From Micromonosporaceae bacterium (GTDB lineage Bacteria > Actinomycetota > Actinomycetes > Mycobacteriales > Micromonosporaceae), in contig JAFGOK010000088.1 in NCBI GenBank assembly GCA_016926535.1, forward strand, positions 1 through 56,391: 56,391 nucleotides of DNA. The letters run 5' to 3'. The notes under the pieces were generated by a model. The model did not search any database. It had not been told where the DNA came from and saw only the letters and a program-made list of their open reading frames with translations. This document shows positions 9,146-19,868 of the stretch, in pieces. Position 1 is the first letter of the stretch; each line of letters starts with the position of its first letter. The position numbers and the translations under genes were made by a program.

Positions 9146-10032
9146 TGGGACACCACCTGGATCTCGCCGATCTCGACACTGGTCTGTGACTGGCTGGTCG
9201 GGGTCAGCACCCCGCTCTGGCCACCGCCTGACCAGGCCACCGTCCAGTGCGTCGTGGCGGTGACGGTGTAGCGACCGTGTGGATGATCTGCCGTGCTGCT
9301 CGGCCGGGGGTAGGTGTAGCCGCACGTGGGCGACGATGCGAACCCGAACCTCGCCTCGTACGCGGTTCCTGGGTTGTCACATGTCACCCGCTGGCCGTCG
9401 CCCATGTCCCACACGATGCGCGAGGCGTTCGCCTCGATCGTGACCGTGATCCCCCCGCCCGACGCGCTGGCCGCCAGCGGACCCCACGTACCCGGCGTGA
9501 CGGTCGTCCATAGCCACACTGGCAGGCCGACAGCACCGCTGCCGCCGGGCCGGGGAGCGATCCCGATCCGAGCACCGAGCAATTGGATCGTTGCGAGGGC
9601 CTGCTGCGCCAGCTCCTCTGGCGACGGGCGGCTTTGCGAGTCAACCATCCAGTAGTTGATCTGCGTGACCACGCCACTGCCCGGTGAGGTGTAGCAGGAC
9701 ATCGCGCCCCACAAGCCGTTGTCCGGGTCCTGGCCGTCCGGCGGCGGATGTATCGGTTGTGGATCATAGGCTTCCCAGTAGCAGCCCTCGCCGGTGTAAT
9801 AGCCGAAATCCGGATCGGTGCATGGCACTGTCTGACCCTGCCACGTGCATCCGCTTCCGGCGCCGCTTCCGCCGCTGTCGCCTGAGTCCCCTGGGCCCGA
9901 CCCGTCGACGCTGCACCATGGATTCGACGCCTGATCGCACTGCCCACCATCGGCTGGAGCGGCCGCCGGGGCGGCGAAGACCATCCCGGTGGCCAGCACG
10001 AGGATCGTCTGTACGCGATTGTGGATCAACAT
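9142..10032 (-). CDS. Secreted Cys/Gly/Pro-rich protein of the tad operon (function unknown)
   Basis: Signal peptide MLIHNRVQTILVLATGMVFAAPAAAPA. Overlaps the neighbouring genes on both sides. Confidence 0.5.
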   Translation of the reverse strand: MLIHNRVQTILVLATGMVFAAPAAAPADGGQCDQASNPWCSVDGSGPGDSGDSGGSGAGSGCTWQGQTVPCTDPDFGYYTGEGCYWEAYDPQPIHPPPDGQDPDNGLWGAMSCYTSPGSGVVTQINYWMVDSQSRPSPEELAQQALATIQLLGARIGIAPRPGGSGAVGLPVWLWTTVTPGTWGPLAASASGGGITVTIEANASRIVWDMGDGQRVTCDNPGTAYEARFGFASSPTCGYTYPRPSSTADHPHGRYTVTATTHWTVAWSGGGQSGVLTPTSQSQTSVEIGEIQVVSQ

Positions 10033-10613
10033 GGGTCGTTTCCCTGTTTCGTGTCATTGACCAGCCACTGGCCGGTCTGGTACAGCCACACGGTGGCGAT
10101 CGCCGAAACCCTTGGGTCCTTGATCTCACTGTTGGGGACCGGCGAGCGGTTTGACGCGTAGACCAGTTTGATCGAGCTGTAGTCCAGGCAGGCATGAACC
10201 GTCACAGCCGGTTGGGCGCTGGCGAGGTCAGCCTGGGTGCTCGTCACGGTCGCTGTCTGCGCGCCGATCTGCACTTGGCCGCGGTCCTTCATCGTTCGCA
10301 GGTTGTGGCGGGTCAGGCTGAGCAGCGGATCAGCAGCGTAACGCGAAAGATTGGGATCATCCGGGTCGGCTGTCTGCGCGGCTTGCCCGAATGCCTGGAT
10401 GTAGCCGTTGTACGCCGCGACGGCGGCCTCGGTCGCTGCGGCAACGCTTGAATCGGCCGCCGGGGTTGTCGCCGTCGAACTCGATGCGTTCCTGGACGGC
10501 GATCCGGCATCGTGGCCGTCATCTGTGCAGCCGAAAACCTGAGCCAAGAGCAACGCGCCCAGCACGCACATCACCAGAGTCGAGCCGGTTGTCCTCGTTC
10601 CCTGTGTCCGCAC
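10026..10613 (-). CDS. Lipoprotein, first gene of tad operon (function unknown)
   Basis: Lipobox LLLAQVFGC after a basic N-terminus. Its stop overlaps the next gene's start. Confidence 0.55.
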   Translation of the reverse strand: MRTQGTRTTGSTLVMCVLGALLLAQVFGCTDDGHDAGSPSRNASSSTATTPAADSSVAAATEAAVAAYNGYIQAFGQAAQTADPDDPNLSRYAADPLLSLTRHNLRTMKDRGQVQIGAQTATVTSTQADLASAQPAVTVHACLDYSSIKLVYASNRSPVPNSEIKDPRVSAIATVWLYQTGQWLVNDTKQGNDPC

Positions 10614-11004
10614 CCGCCACCTCCGCGAATTGATCGAGGACGATACTTATCCACACCAGCATTTTTCGCGCGGACTCGCGCCGCGTCCACGGTCATCCAA
10701 GTCCGTACCGGCAAGTCCGTACCGGCATGTTCGTGCCCTGTGCGTCGAAGCGTTCGCACGATTCTGCGCACATGGATGGAGAGCATTGTGTTGGGCAGCA
10801 TGCTCATCGACGTGTGAGGTCCGGTCCACAGGGGTCATTCTGTCGCCGTCGGCGCGGTGGACCGCTAGTTGCGGTTCGCATCTTGACACTCCTGCCCACA
10901 CTCTGTGAAGTGGGCTTACGCAACGTCAGACATCCGGTGGTTCTGGCTGGGTGCCAGACGGGTCGTGGCATTTCTTGGGGGGTGTCTGGGTGGATCAGCG
11001 CACC
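10614..11004. promoter_or_regulatory. Divergent, lower-GC intergenic region between the tad operon and hxlR (promoters not mapped)
   Basis: 391 bp without a credible ORF. It is visibly AT-richer than its flanks and separates two divergent operon starts. Confidence 0.35.
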
Positions 11005-11419
11005 ATGCGAGAGATTTTTGAGATCATCAGCCATAAATGGGATCTTGCCATTCTCACCAATCTTCGCGAGCGGCCGTTACGCTATACCGACCTCAGAGAT
11101 CAGATCGGGAGCGTCAACAGCGACCTTAGCGAGGGTGTCCTCAATAAGAATCTCAAGCGGCTCAAGACCGGCGGATTGGTCTGCCAGAGATCAACAGATG
11201 AACATCACCGCGTCTGGGCACTGACCCCGCGTGGCCGCCAGATGATTTCCGGCCTGGTCCAGGCCGCCGAGTTCCAGTCCGCAGACGACAGTCAATGTGG
11301 ACCACTGGCGGACAGTGATCCGGATCGTACGACCAGGGACGCGGACCCGCCACCAGGGCCACGGCACGACGGCGGGGCCAAGCGCGACGACCGGTCGGGC
11401 CCGAGTGACCACGACGCCG

Positions 11420-11430
<11 letters not shown>
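11005..11430 (+). CDS. HxlR-family winged-helix transcriptional regulator
   Basis: MREIFEIISHKWDLAILTNLRERPLRYTDLRDQI...LNKNLKRLKTGGLVCQR...VWALTPRG matches the HxlR pattern. The tail is acidic and disordered. Confidence 0.75.
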
Positions 11431-12253
<823 letters not shown>

Positions 12254-12567
12254 CAGGGCCATGGTCGGGACCTGAGACGGCCGAGAACGACTGGTCTGGC
12301 AACTGCACGACGAAGACGCCGCGCCGGATGTCACTGCAACGGGTGAAGACTCCATCAAGGCAGAAAACTAGACTGGTTCATAACTGGCCCAGGCTCGCGA
12401 CGATTCGTACCCAGAGTGGCGCAGCGGTGTCTTGAACGTGCCCACCTCTTTTCGACGATCTGGTCAACAGCTACGAACGAACCATGCGATAAGAATCCGT
12501 TGGGTACTGCGGCGGAGAATATGGCCCAGCATCGCCCAACGAGCCGCAACGCGCTTGGGGGAGTCTC

Positions 12568-15500
12568 GTGGGCTTGCTGCTACAAGCGACCAATGTGGTC
12601 GGTGCCCATCGGTGGCGATGGCTGCTCGTCGACGAGGATACCGGCGCTCCGCTTGCTGACCACGACGTGACGCTCGACCGAGAAAACGAGAGCGTCGAGG
12701 CGTTCGAGGATCTGTACCGGTTTGTTCAATCGCGGGCGGACCCGGCTCGACGAGTGGCGAGCGAAACCGAACTGGTCGGTTCTGTTGGCTCATGGATCGG
12801 GTCACACGCATTGGGCGAGCAGATCGGCCACGAGATCGTCAACGCTGCTCCGGTAACGGTGCGAATTCAGCTTCCGAAGAAGGCAGAATTCCTCGCGTTC
12901 CGACCGTGGGAACTCGCGCACGTGGACGGCCGATCGCTCGCAGCTCGCGGAAATATATCGTTGGTATTTGATTTCAGCAGCGATAGCACACGGGCAAAGG
13001 CCCCGATCGACGAGCGACTGCGGATGCTGGCTGTGTTCAGCCTGCCGGCCGGTGTCTCGACCTTGGGCCTGCGACGGGAACGCTACGAGCTGACCCGGCT
13101 GGTGCGTCGGACAGCCGCACGCAGCAGGCGGGTTGTCGAGGTGGAGGTCGCGCAGTACGGGGTGACTCGCGACCGGCTCAGGGACCTGGCGGCGTCGGGC
13201 AGGGGCTGGGACGTACTCCACCTGTCTGGTCACGGAAGCGCCGGGCAGTTCCTGCTGGAGCGGTCAGACGGGTCGATGGATTCGGTCACAGCAGGCGAAC
13301 TGGTCGAGTTGCTGGGTCCGCTGCGTCGGCGAGTCAAGCTGGCGGTCATTTCGGCCTGCCAGTCGGCTGCGACCGTCGCGGAGACCCTCCGCTGGCTCGA
13401 CCTGGGCGAGCTGTCCGCTGAGACGGAGGGGCACGCCGACGCCGAGACACAGCTGTTCAGGGATGGTCGGGGCGCCGCGAACCTGGCCCGCACGGTAATC
13501 TCGGAGCTGGGATGCGCCGTGGTCGCCATGCGTTACCCGGTGACCGACGAGTTCGCCATCTCGCTGGCTGACAGGTTGTACGACGGTCTATTCCGGCACG
13601 GGCAGTCGCTCGATGCGGCGCTGCCGTCTGCGGTGCGCGGTGCTGCTGGCGCCTGTCCCTCGGCGGGGCGGCCGGCACTGTCGATCGGCACCCCTGCGGT
13701 TTTCGGCGGTACGGCGATCGGGCTGTCGCTGACTCCGCCGGCAGGAAAACCGATGCTGGACCCGACCGCGGCGGTGATGACAGGGTTCCCATCCGAACCT
13801 GACCTGTTTGTCGGCCGCTCGGCGACTATGGTCGCCGCGAGCCGCGCGCTGGCTGCGGAGTCGGGCCGGACGGCGGTGGTGTTGCATGGGCCGGCTGGCG
13901 TCGGCAAGACCACGTGCGTGCTGGAGCTTGCCTACCGTCACGCGCGGACCTTCGAGGCAGCGGTGTTCTGGCGTGCGCCGCAGGATCCCGGCCAGTTCGG
14001 CACGGCCCTGGCCAGCCTCAGCGACAGGCTTGAGGCGCCGTGGTCGCGATTCGGGTTTGCCATGGCCAACCAGATCCGGACGAAGCGGGATTTCGACAGA
14101 TTCCTGCCCCAGCTGACGACACTGCTTCGTGAGACCGGTCTGCTTCTCGTCCTGGACAACCTGGAGTCCTTGCTCACCGCTGATGGGACTTGGCGTGATC
14201 CTCGGTGGGCGGCACTGATGCGGGCACTAACCGTTCACGATGGTGAGTCGCGTGTGCTGATCACCAGTCGAGTCCTGCCCGCTGATTGTGACCGCAGGCG
14301 GATGACCGCCGTTGCCGTGCCGGCACTCTCGCGCGATGAGTCGCTGCTGCTCGCCAAGGAACTGCCCAACCTGCGGCGGCTGTTGCACGCCGACGCCGAC
14401 ACCCCGTGCGAGCCGGGGGCCATCGCAGAAGATCGGGCCATCGCCCGCCGGGCCCTGCGCTTGGCGCAGGGGTACCCGCAACTGCTCATGCTCGCCAACG
14501 GGGCCGCCGGTGATCCAGCTCAACTCGCCGACCGCGTGTCGGCGACCGAGTCTGCTGCCGGCGTCGAAGAACCGAGGCTTGAGGAGTTTCTCAGACTCGG
14601 GCGCACCGTCCTTGATGACGAGCAGCTGGTCGAGCTGACGAGCGCGTGGACCCACAGCGCGACCGAGGCATTGGCAAGAGAACCGCGGGTGATGCTTCAG
14701 GCCTTCTGCCGCAGGGAGGAAGAAGATCGGGAAGCGGTTATCGCGGAGGACAACTGGGGTCAGCTGTGGCGACGCCTGGGCTATTCCGAAGATCCTCCGG
14801 CAGTCGCGGATGCGCTGGCTCCGCTGATCGCTGCTGACCTCGTTCGCGCCGAGCCCGTCAACTCTGTCGATCTCGACGACACCGTGGGTCTCTGCGACCC
14901 AGCCGAGTCGCCTGATGCGAACAGAGCGGGAACGACGGTACGGCTCAGCATCAATCCGGGCGTTGCCCAAGCCGTACACGCGGGGACGCCGCCTGAGGTC
15001 GCCGCCGTGATGGAGATGCTGGCAGAACAACAGCGCCGGGCTACCGTCCCACCCGGCCAGCGCTGGCGACGACGGGGATTCATCGTGGTCGCCTTGGGCC
15101 TTGCCATCCTGGTCGTCGCGGCGTCGGCGCTCGTGTCACTGTGGATCGTTCGTAGCGGCAACCGTGGCGTATCCAACGTCATCACTGCACCTATTGAGGC
15201 CAGTGGATCCGATCCGTTCATGCCACCGGTCGGGACCGACCAACCCGGTGTCCAGCCGCCGACGTCGAGCGGTGGAGTGGTTCCGGGCAGCCGCTCGGGG
15301 TTCTTCGGCGGAACCCTTGGCAAGTCGACCTGCGATCCAGATCAGATGGTGGCCGTCCTCAAGACCCGTCCCGCCCTCATGGCGGTCTGGACTGAAATCC
15401 TCGGGATCCGCCCGGAGGATCTCGACAGCTACGCCGCGACGCTGACCCCGGCGGTACTGCGGACGGACACCCTGGTGATGAACCACGGGTTCCGTCAGGG

Positions 15501-16788
15501 ACGTGCGACCTCGTTCCGCGCGGTGCTCCAGGCCGGGACAGCGGTGCTCCTTGACCGTTTTGGCTTTCCCGCTGTCAAGTGCTACTGCGGCAATCCCTTG
15601 ACCAGAGGAGAGCCTGTCGCCGAGGTTCGTTTCCAGGGCCCGGCATGGCCAGGCTTCTCAGCGAGCCGGATCGTCGATATCCAGCCCGTATCATCCCCGC
15701 TGACCGTTGTGATCATCATGGATCTGTCAACCGGCCGGCCCTTCCAGCGACCCGTCGGCAGCCGAGGTGACGATGACCGGCCATACCGTGCGGTCGACAC
15801 TGACTGGCGGAACACTCGCTATTCCACCAATTGCTGGGACCGTTCCGAGCAGGAACGGACTGTCGAGGTCCATGGCGGCCGGTACAGCGCCCGGGTCGGC
15901 GACAGCACCTACGACCTGCAGGTCGACCCGGTCGTCGAGGACCTGACCGGCGACGGTGTCCCCGAGGCCAGCGTGCTGCTGACCTGCACGCATCAGCCGT
16001 CGAACTACTTCCTGAACGAGATTCAGGTGTTCGGAGACGGACCGCGACGGCTCCAGGTCCTTCCCACGCCGCCCGATCGTCCGGAGCCGCAGTCTCTCGG
16101 TCCGTACTTCGAAGACCCCTTTGTGGTGCGGGACGCCCAGCTCATCACCGGCGCCGCCTACTACGTTGACGGCGACACCCACGCCTCCGGGCCCTCCTTG
16201 CACGCTGTGGTGTCCTGGCGCTGGAACGGCCACGAGTTCGTGTCGCACATCGACCAGACCACCCGAACCCCGGCAGAGCCCTCCTTGGAGCCTTCCCCCG
16301 CCGCCCCGAGCCCGACTCCGCCGCCCGTTTCATCGAGGACAACTACAGTCGTTGTCGACGCCACCGCTCCGTGGGTGGACACCGGCATCGACGTGCAGCG
16401 AGGAAACGGGCTGAAGATCACAGCGACCGGTGCGTGGTCAGACGGGACTGGTCCGTGGTCGCCGGATGGTCGACCGGAGCCGTGGGGTGACAGCTTCCTG
16501 AACCTGACCGATCTCGGCGTGTGCCCGACCTGCGCCGAGACCAAGGTTGGCCACTACGACGCGCTGGTGGGGTATGTCGGGGCCAAACCGCCGCAGCGAG
16601 GCAGCTATACCTCGACCGGCGTCCAATCGGAGGCGCGCAAGGTCTTCGTCGTCGGACAGCACTACTCGACCAGCGCCGCATCCCGGACCGGCAGGCTCTG
16701 GCTCATCATGAACTCGGACGCCTACAGCAGCTACACAACGGACAACAGCGGACACGTCACCGCCACCATCACGGCCAGCACAGGGTGA
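12568..16788 (+). CDS. CHAT (caspase-like) protease / STAND P-loop NTPase / single TM / extracytoplasmic lectin-like region, 1,406 aa
   Basis: His/Cys dyad motifs WDVLHLSGHG (aa 214-223) and ISACQS (C264). Walker A GPAGVGKTT (K447), Walker B LLLVLD (D530) and VLITSR. RWRRRG precedes the TM F838-V861 (nt 15079-15150). A 545-aa Cys-containing, beta-rich region follows. GGGGGAG SD before GTG 12568. Confidence 0.8.
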   Translation: MGLLLQATNVVGAHRWRWLLVDEDTGAPLADHDVTLDRENESVEAFEDLYRFVQSRADPARRVASETELVGSVGSWIGSHALGEQIGHEIVNAAPVTVRIQLPKKAEFLAFRPWELAHVDGRSLAARGNISLVFDFSSDSTRAKAPIDERLRMLAVFSLPAGVSTLGLRRERYELTRLVRRTAARSRRVVEVEVAQYGVTRDRLRDLAASGRGWDVLHLSGHGSAGQFLLERSDGSMDSVTAGELVELLGPLRRRVKLAVISACQSAATVAETLRWLDLGELSAETEGHADAETQLFRDGRGAANLARTVISELGCAVVAMRYPVTDEFAISLADRLYDGLFRHGQSLDAALPSAVRGAAGACPSAGRPALSIGTPAVFGGTAIGLSLTPPAGKPMLDPTAAVMTGFPSEPDLFVGRSATMVAASRALAAESGRTAVVLHGPAGVGKTTCVLELAYRHARTFEAAVFWRAPQDPGQFGTALASLSDRLEAPWSRFGFAMANQIRTKRDFDRFLPQLTTLLRETGLLLVLDNLESLLTADGTWRDPRWAALMRALTVHDGESRVLITSRVLPADCDRRRMTAVAVPALSRDESLLLAKELPNLRRLLHADADTPCEPGAIAEDRAIARRALRLAQGYPQLLMLANGAAGDPAQLADRVSATESAAGVEEPRLEEFLRLGRTVLDDEQLVELTSAWTHSATEALAREPRVMLQAFCRREEEDREAVIAEDNWGQLWRRLGYSEDPPAVADALAPLIAADLVRAEPVNSVDLDDTVGLCDPAESPDANRAGTTVRLSINPGVAQAVHAGTPPEVAAVMEMLAEQQRRATVPPGQRWRRRGFIVVALGLAILVVAASALVSLWIVRSGNRGVSNVITAPIEASGSDPFMPPVGTDQPGVQPPTSSGGVVPGSRSGFFGGTLGKSTCDPDQMVAVLKTRPALMAVWTEILGIRPEDLDSYAATLTPAVLRTDTLVMNHGFRQGRATSFRAVLQAGTAVLLDRFGFPAVKCYCGNPLTRGEPVAEVRFQGPAWPGFSASRIVDIQPVSSPLTVVIIMDLSTGRPFQRPVGSRGDDDRPYRAVDTDWRNTRYSTNCWDRSEQERTVEVHGGRYSARVGDSTYDLQVDPVVEDLTGDGVPEASVLLTCTHQPSNYFLNEIQVFGDGPRRLQVLPTPPDRPEPQSLGPYFEDPFVVRDAQLITGAAYYVDGDTHASGPSLHAVVSWRWNGHEFVSHIDQTTRTPAEPSLEPSPAAPSPTPPPVSSRTTTVVVDATAPWVDTGIDVQRGNGLKITATGAWSDGTGPWSPDGRPEPWGDSFLNLTDLGVCPTCAETKVGHYDALVGYVGAKPPQRGSYTSTGVQSEARKVFVVGQHYSTSAASRTGRLWLIMNSDAYSSYTTDNSGHVTATITASTG

Positions 16789-16847
16789 TGCCGCACCCGA
16801 CGAGGCGCTGGTTGAGATACCCTCGTCCTTCTTGAGGGAGGCAGCCA

Positions 16848-17363
16848 ATGCTGTTGGACGGTGATGCTTGGCGTGAGTTCTTCGACGCCTATGAGCGTTC
16901 AGCCTTCCGACTGGAGACCCTTCCCGTGTATGCGGTGCGGGAAGAGGAGGACGAATTCCGGCGCTTCCTGGCCGGCGAGAAGCCTCCGAAGGATTCGTAC
17001 TATCCGTGGCTCGACCGGGTGCGGCGGTTCCGCGCCACGGGCAGGATCATCCAGCGGGTGCATGTCGTCACCAGACCACTGTCGGACTATCTCAGATACG
17101 AGTTTGAATGGGCATACGCCTTCAACGTGAAGGCGGGCGAGGACATACGCATCCTCGACCTGACCGATCGACAGAACCCTGGCCTGCCGGATGAAGACTT
17201 CTGGATGTTCGACGAGTCCAGCATTGTCCGCATGATGTATCGGCCGGATGGTACGCAGATCGGTAGAGAATTGCTCACTAATCCGGATATCGACCTGTAC
17301 ATTCGGTATCGAGACATTGCTCTCGCTCATGCGGTCAGTTTCGAGGAGTACTGGGCGGGTTGA
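16848..17363 (+). CDS. DUF6879-like protein
   Basis: 171 aa. GAGGGAGG SD, 59 nt after the CHAT gene stop. The pattern AFRLETLPVY...RVHVVTRPLSDYLRYEF...GEDIRILD...DFWMFDE matches my recollection of the actinobacterial DUF6879 family. Confidence 0.6.
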   Translation: MLLDGDAWREFFDAYERSAFRLETLPVYAVREEEDEFRRFLAGEKPPKDSYYPWLDRVRRFRATGRIIQRVHVVTRPLSDYLRYEFEWAYAFNVKAGEDIRILDLTDRQNPGLPDEDFWMFDESSIVRMMYRPDGTQIGRELLTNPDIDLYIRYRDIALAHAVSFEEYWAG

Positions 17364-17400
17364 GTCGGGGCGGCAGGAGCGAGCGGCTCGTGGAGCGGTC

Positions 17401-18729
17401 CTACATCGGCTTGGACTGGTCGCTCATGTGTGGCTGGCTTTGCCGTTCGCCGCGTGGCGGCTCGACTATCAGGTGCTGACCGGGGCTCCGGAGACGGTGT
17501 CGGAAGTCAGCCAGTGTGGGGCGTCGACGTTCGGCAGCGGGAACCGCGGTGATGATGGCGCGTCCCATCTCGTAGAGCAGTTCGTTGTGATACGTGGCGT
17601 CGAGGTTGTCCAGGATCTGCGTGCCGTAGGCGAGTCCGTCGTCGAGGTGTCCGTCGATGACCAGGCAGCGTGCTCGGTGTAGTTGCAGCTGGGCTCGTTC
17701 TCTGGCCAGCTCCGGTGGGTACAGTGCGAGTGCCCGCTCCTGGGCGGCGTAGGCGGCGGTGGTGTCGCCGAGGTTGGTGTAGACGTAGCTTTCGGTGTAG
17801 CGCAGCCGGTACTCCGGCCACCCGAACATGGAGCAGTCGTCGTCAACGACGCTGGAGGGGAGCCGCTCGCAGGCGGTTGCCAGTTGCCGGAGCGTGGCAC
17901 GAGCGCTGTCTGCGTCACGCAGCGTGGACAGGGCCTGGGCCTTGCCAGCGAGGGTGCCAGTTGTGCCGGAACCCGTCCGGGTACCCGCGATGGCCAGGGA
18001 TTCGTCGGCCAGGGCGAGGAGCTCACTGATTGGCCTGCGCTCGTAGAGGCCGTTGACGACCTCCCATTTGCGCGTCCAGGCTTGGATCTCGGGGTCGTTG
18101 GCCTGGTCGGCGGCACGTCGGGCGGTGCGCCACCAGCGTCGGGCGGTGCGGGTCTGACCGAGGCTGGCGAAGGTCATCGCCATGACGACGCTGAGCTGAG
18201 CTGCGGCATGGCGCAAGTCGCGGTGAGCACGCTCGCAGGTCTCGGCTTCGATGGTCTGCTGGAGGACGATCAGGTCTGCGGTCAGTTCGCTGAGTAGGTT
18301 GGCGGGGGCTGTGGTGTAGAAGTCGCGGGCGTAGGCTGCCGCGATCGCTTCCCACTCGTCTGCTCCGGGAATATCCCCCAGCGCGGTCGCCATGCCCTGG
18401 CGGGCGGCTTCCGCCGATACCAGCGCGGCGCTGGTGGTGGCTCCGGTCGCGAGAGCGGTCAGTGCCGCGAGGATGGTTCGCCGTCGCATGGTGTCCGCAT
18501 CCCCTTCCCGGTCGCGGGGTGTGGGCTCGAACAACGCCACCAGGGCGCCGTTAGTGCCCAGAACGTCATCGCAGCGTTCGGCCAACGTGGGGGATCCGGG
18601 GCGTTGTCCTCGTTCGACCTGCGAGAGGTAGCTGAAGTCGTAGTTGACCTGCCGGGCAAGGTCGCGCAGGGACAGCCCTGCGTGTTGGCGGCGCTGGCGA
18701 AGTTCCTTTCCCATTGATGATGCGGTCAT
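17401..18729 (-). CDS. XRE-family HTH regulator with TPR-like helical C-terminal domain
   Basis: Start at ATG 18729. HTH LRQRRQHAGLSLRDLARQVNYDFSYLSQVERGQR is followed by a Tat-like RRRTILAALTALATG segment and a long helical-repeat region. Confidence 0.7.
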   Translation of the reverse strand: MTASSMGKELRQRRQHAGLSLRDLARQVNYDFSYLSQVERGQRPGSPTLAERCDDVLGTNGALVALFEPTPRDREGDADTMRRRTILAALTALATGATTSAALVSAEAARQGMATALGDIPGADEWEAIAAAYARDFYTTAPANLLSELTADLIVLQQTIEAETCERAHRDLRHAAAQLSVVMAMTFASLGQTRTARRWWRTARRAADQANDPEIQAWTRKWEVVNGLYERRPISELLALADESLAIAGTRTGSGTTGTLAGKAQALSTLRDADSARATLRQLATACERLPSSVVDDDCSMFGWPEYRLRYTESYVYTNLGDTTAAYAAQERALALYPPELARERAQLQLHRARCLVIDGHLDDGLAYGTQILDNLDATYHNELLYEMGRAIITAVPAAERRRPTLADFRHRLRSPGQHLIVEPPRGERQSQPHMSDQSKPM

Positions 18730-18962
18730 GGCCGACCTTTCGGCGAGTCTTGGGGGACGTGGGCTCGGCGTGGGCACACGGCCCACATCTAGCGATAGCC
18801 GAGAGTATCAATGAGACTACCCGCATTGGAGCGCATACACCGTCTCGCGAATGGTGGATGCGACATGCAGGTTGACACATCCATACGCCGCTCTGCGGTG
18901 CCGCCATCAGTGTTGTCGCTGCGCATAGAGTCGCATACTGTAGGCATAGGTACCAGTGGAGC

Positions 18963-19826
18963 TTGAGGAGCATCTCCGTGCTACGTCCTCGTGAACGACT
19001 CGGCCGGGAGCTTCGCAGCCTGCGCGTTCTGGCCGGGCTGACCGGACCCCAACTGGCCGAGCGCATGGGCGTCAGCCAGTCGCGGGTTTCCCGGACGGAA
19101 ACGGCGAAGTACCGGATCGACCTTGAGGTGGTTCGCCAGTGGCTGACCGCCACCGGAGCCGACGAACCCACCCGGCAACGCATCCTCAGCCTGGCCGAGC
19201 AGGCGGCCACCGAGATCGCCGAGTACCGGTCGATTTTCAGGGGCTCGCTGTTCAACGCCCAGCAAGCTCGGATCCAGGCCGAGGCGGCAGCTACCCGGCT
19301 GCGGCACTTCCAGCCGTTCCAGATCCCGGGTCCCTTCCAGACCCCGGCCTACGCTCGGGTGGCGCTGCAAACCGGCCGGGTTCAGGATCTCGCCGGTCTC
19401 GACGAGGCGATCGACGCCAGGATGCGTCGCGGCGAGCAGCTGCGCCAGCCCGGAGCCCCGGACTACCACGTCGTCCTGACCGAATTGGCACTGCGCTACC
19501 GGCCCGTGGGGATCAGCGACGCCGACCGCGAGCGGGCTTGGCGCAAACTCGTGGACGTCGCGGGCTGGCCGGCTGTCACGGTCCAGATCATCCCCGCCGA
19601 CGCTCCGATGCGGCAGGCGCCCATGTGCGCGTTCCTGATGACGGAGTTCGCCGATCCCCGCGAGTCGCCCATCGTGCAGGTTGAACTTCCCGCCGTCGAG
19701 ATGACTTTCAGCGGCGCCGACGACTTGGCTGCGTTCGAGATCGCCTGGCAACGCCTGGTCGATGCCGCCCTTGATCCAAAGGCTTCCCGTCAGCTCATCA
19801 CTGTCCTGCTCCACCCGGGTTCTTGA
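18963..19826 (+). CDS. XRE HTH + DUF5753 (WhiJ/Scr1-like) regulator
   Basis: LGRELRSLRVLAGLTGPQLAERMGVSQSRVSRTE plus the C-terminal pattern of DUF5753 regulators. A DUF397 gene follows immediately. Confidence 0.75.
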   Translation: MRSISVLRPRERLGRELRSLRVLAGLTGPQLAERMGVSQSRVSRTETAKYRIDLEVVRQWLTATGADEPTRQRILSLAEQAATEIAEYRSIFRGSLFNAQQARIQAEAAATRLRHFQPFQIPGPFQTPAYARVALQTGRVQDLAGLDEAIDARMRRGEQLRQPGAPDYHVVLTELALRYRPVGISDADRERAWRKLVDVAGWPAVTVQIIPADAPMRQAPMCAFLMTEFADPRESPIVQVELPAVEMTFSGADDLAAFEIAWQRLVDAALDPKASRQLITVLLHPGS

Positions 19827-19868
19827 CTCTCTCCCCAGTCCCAGCAGGAGACACAAAGGAGGAACATC

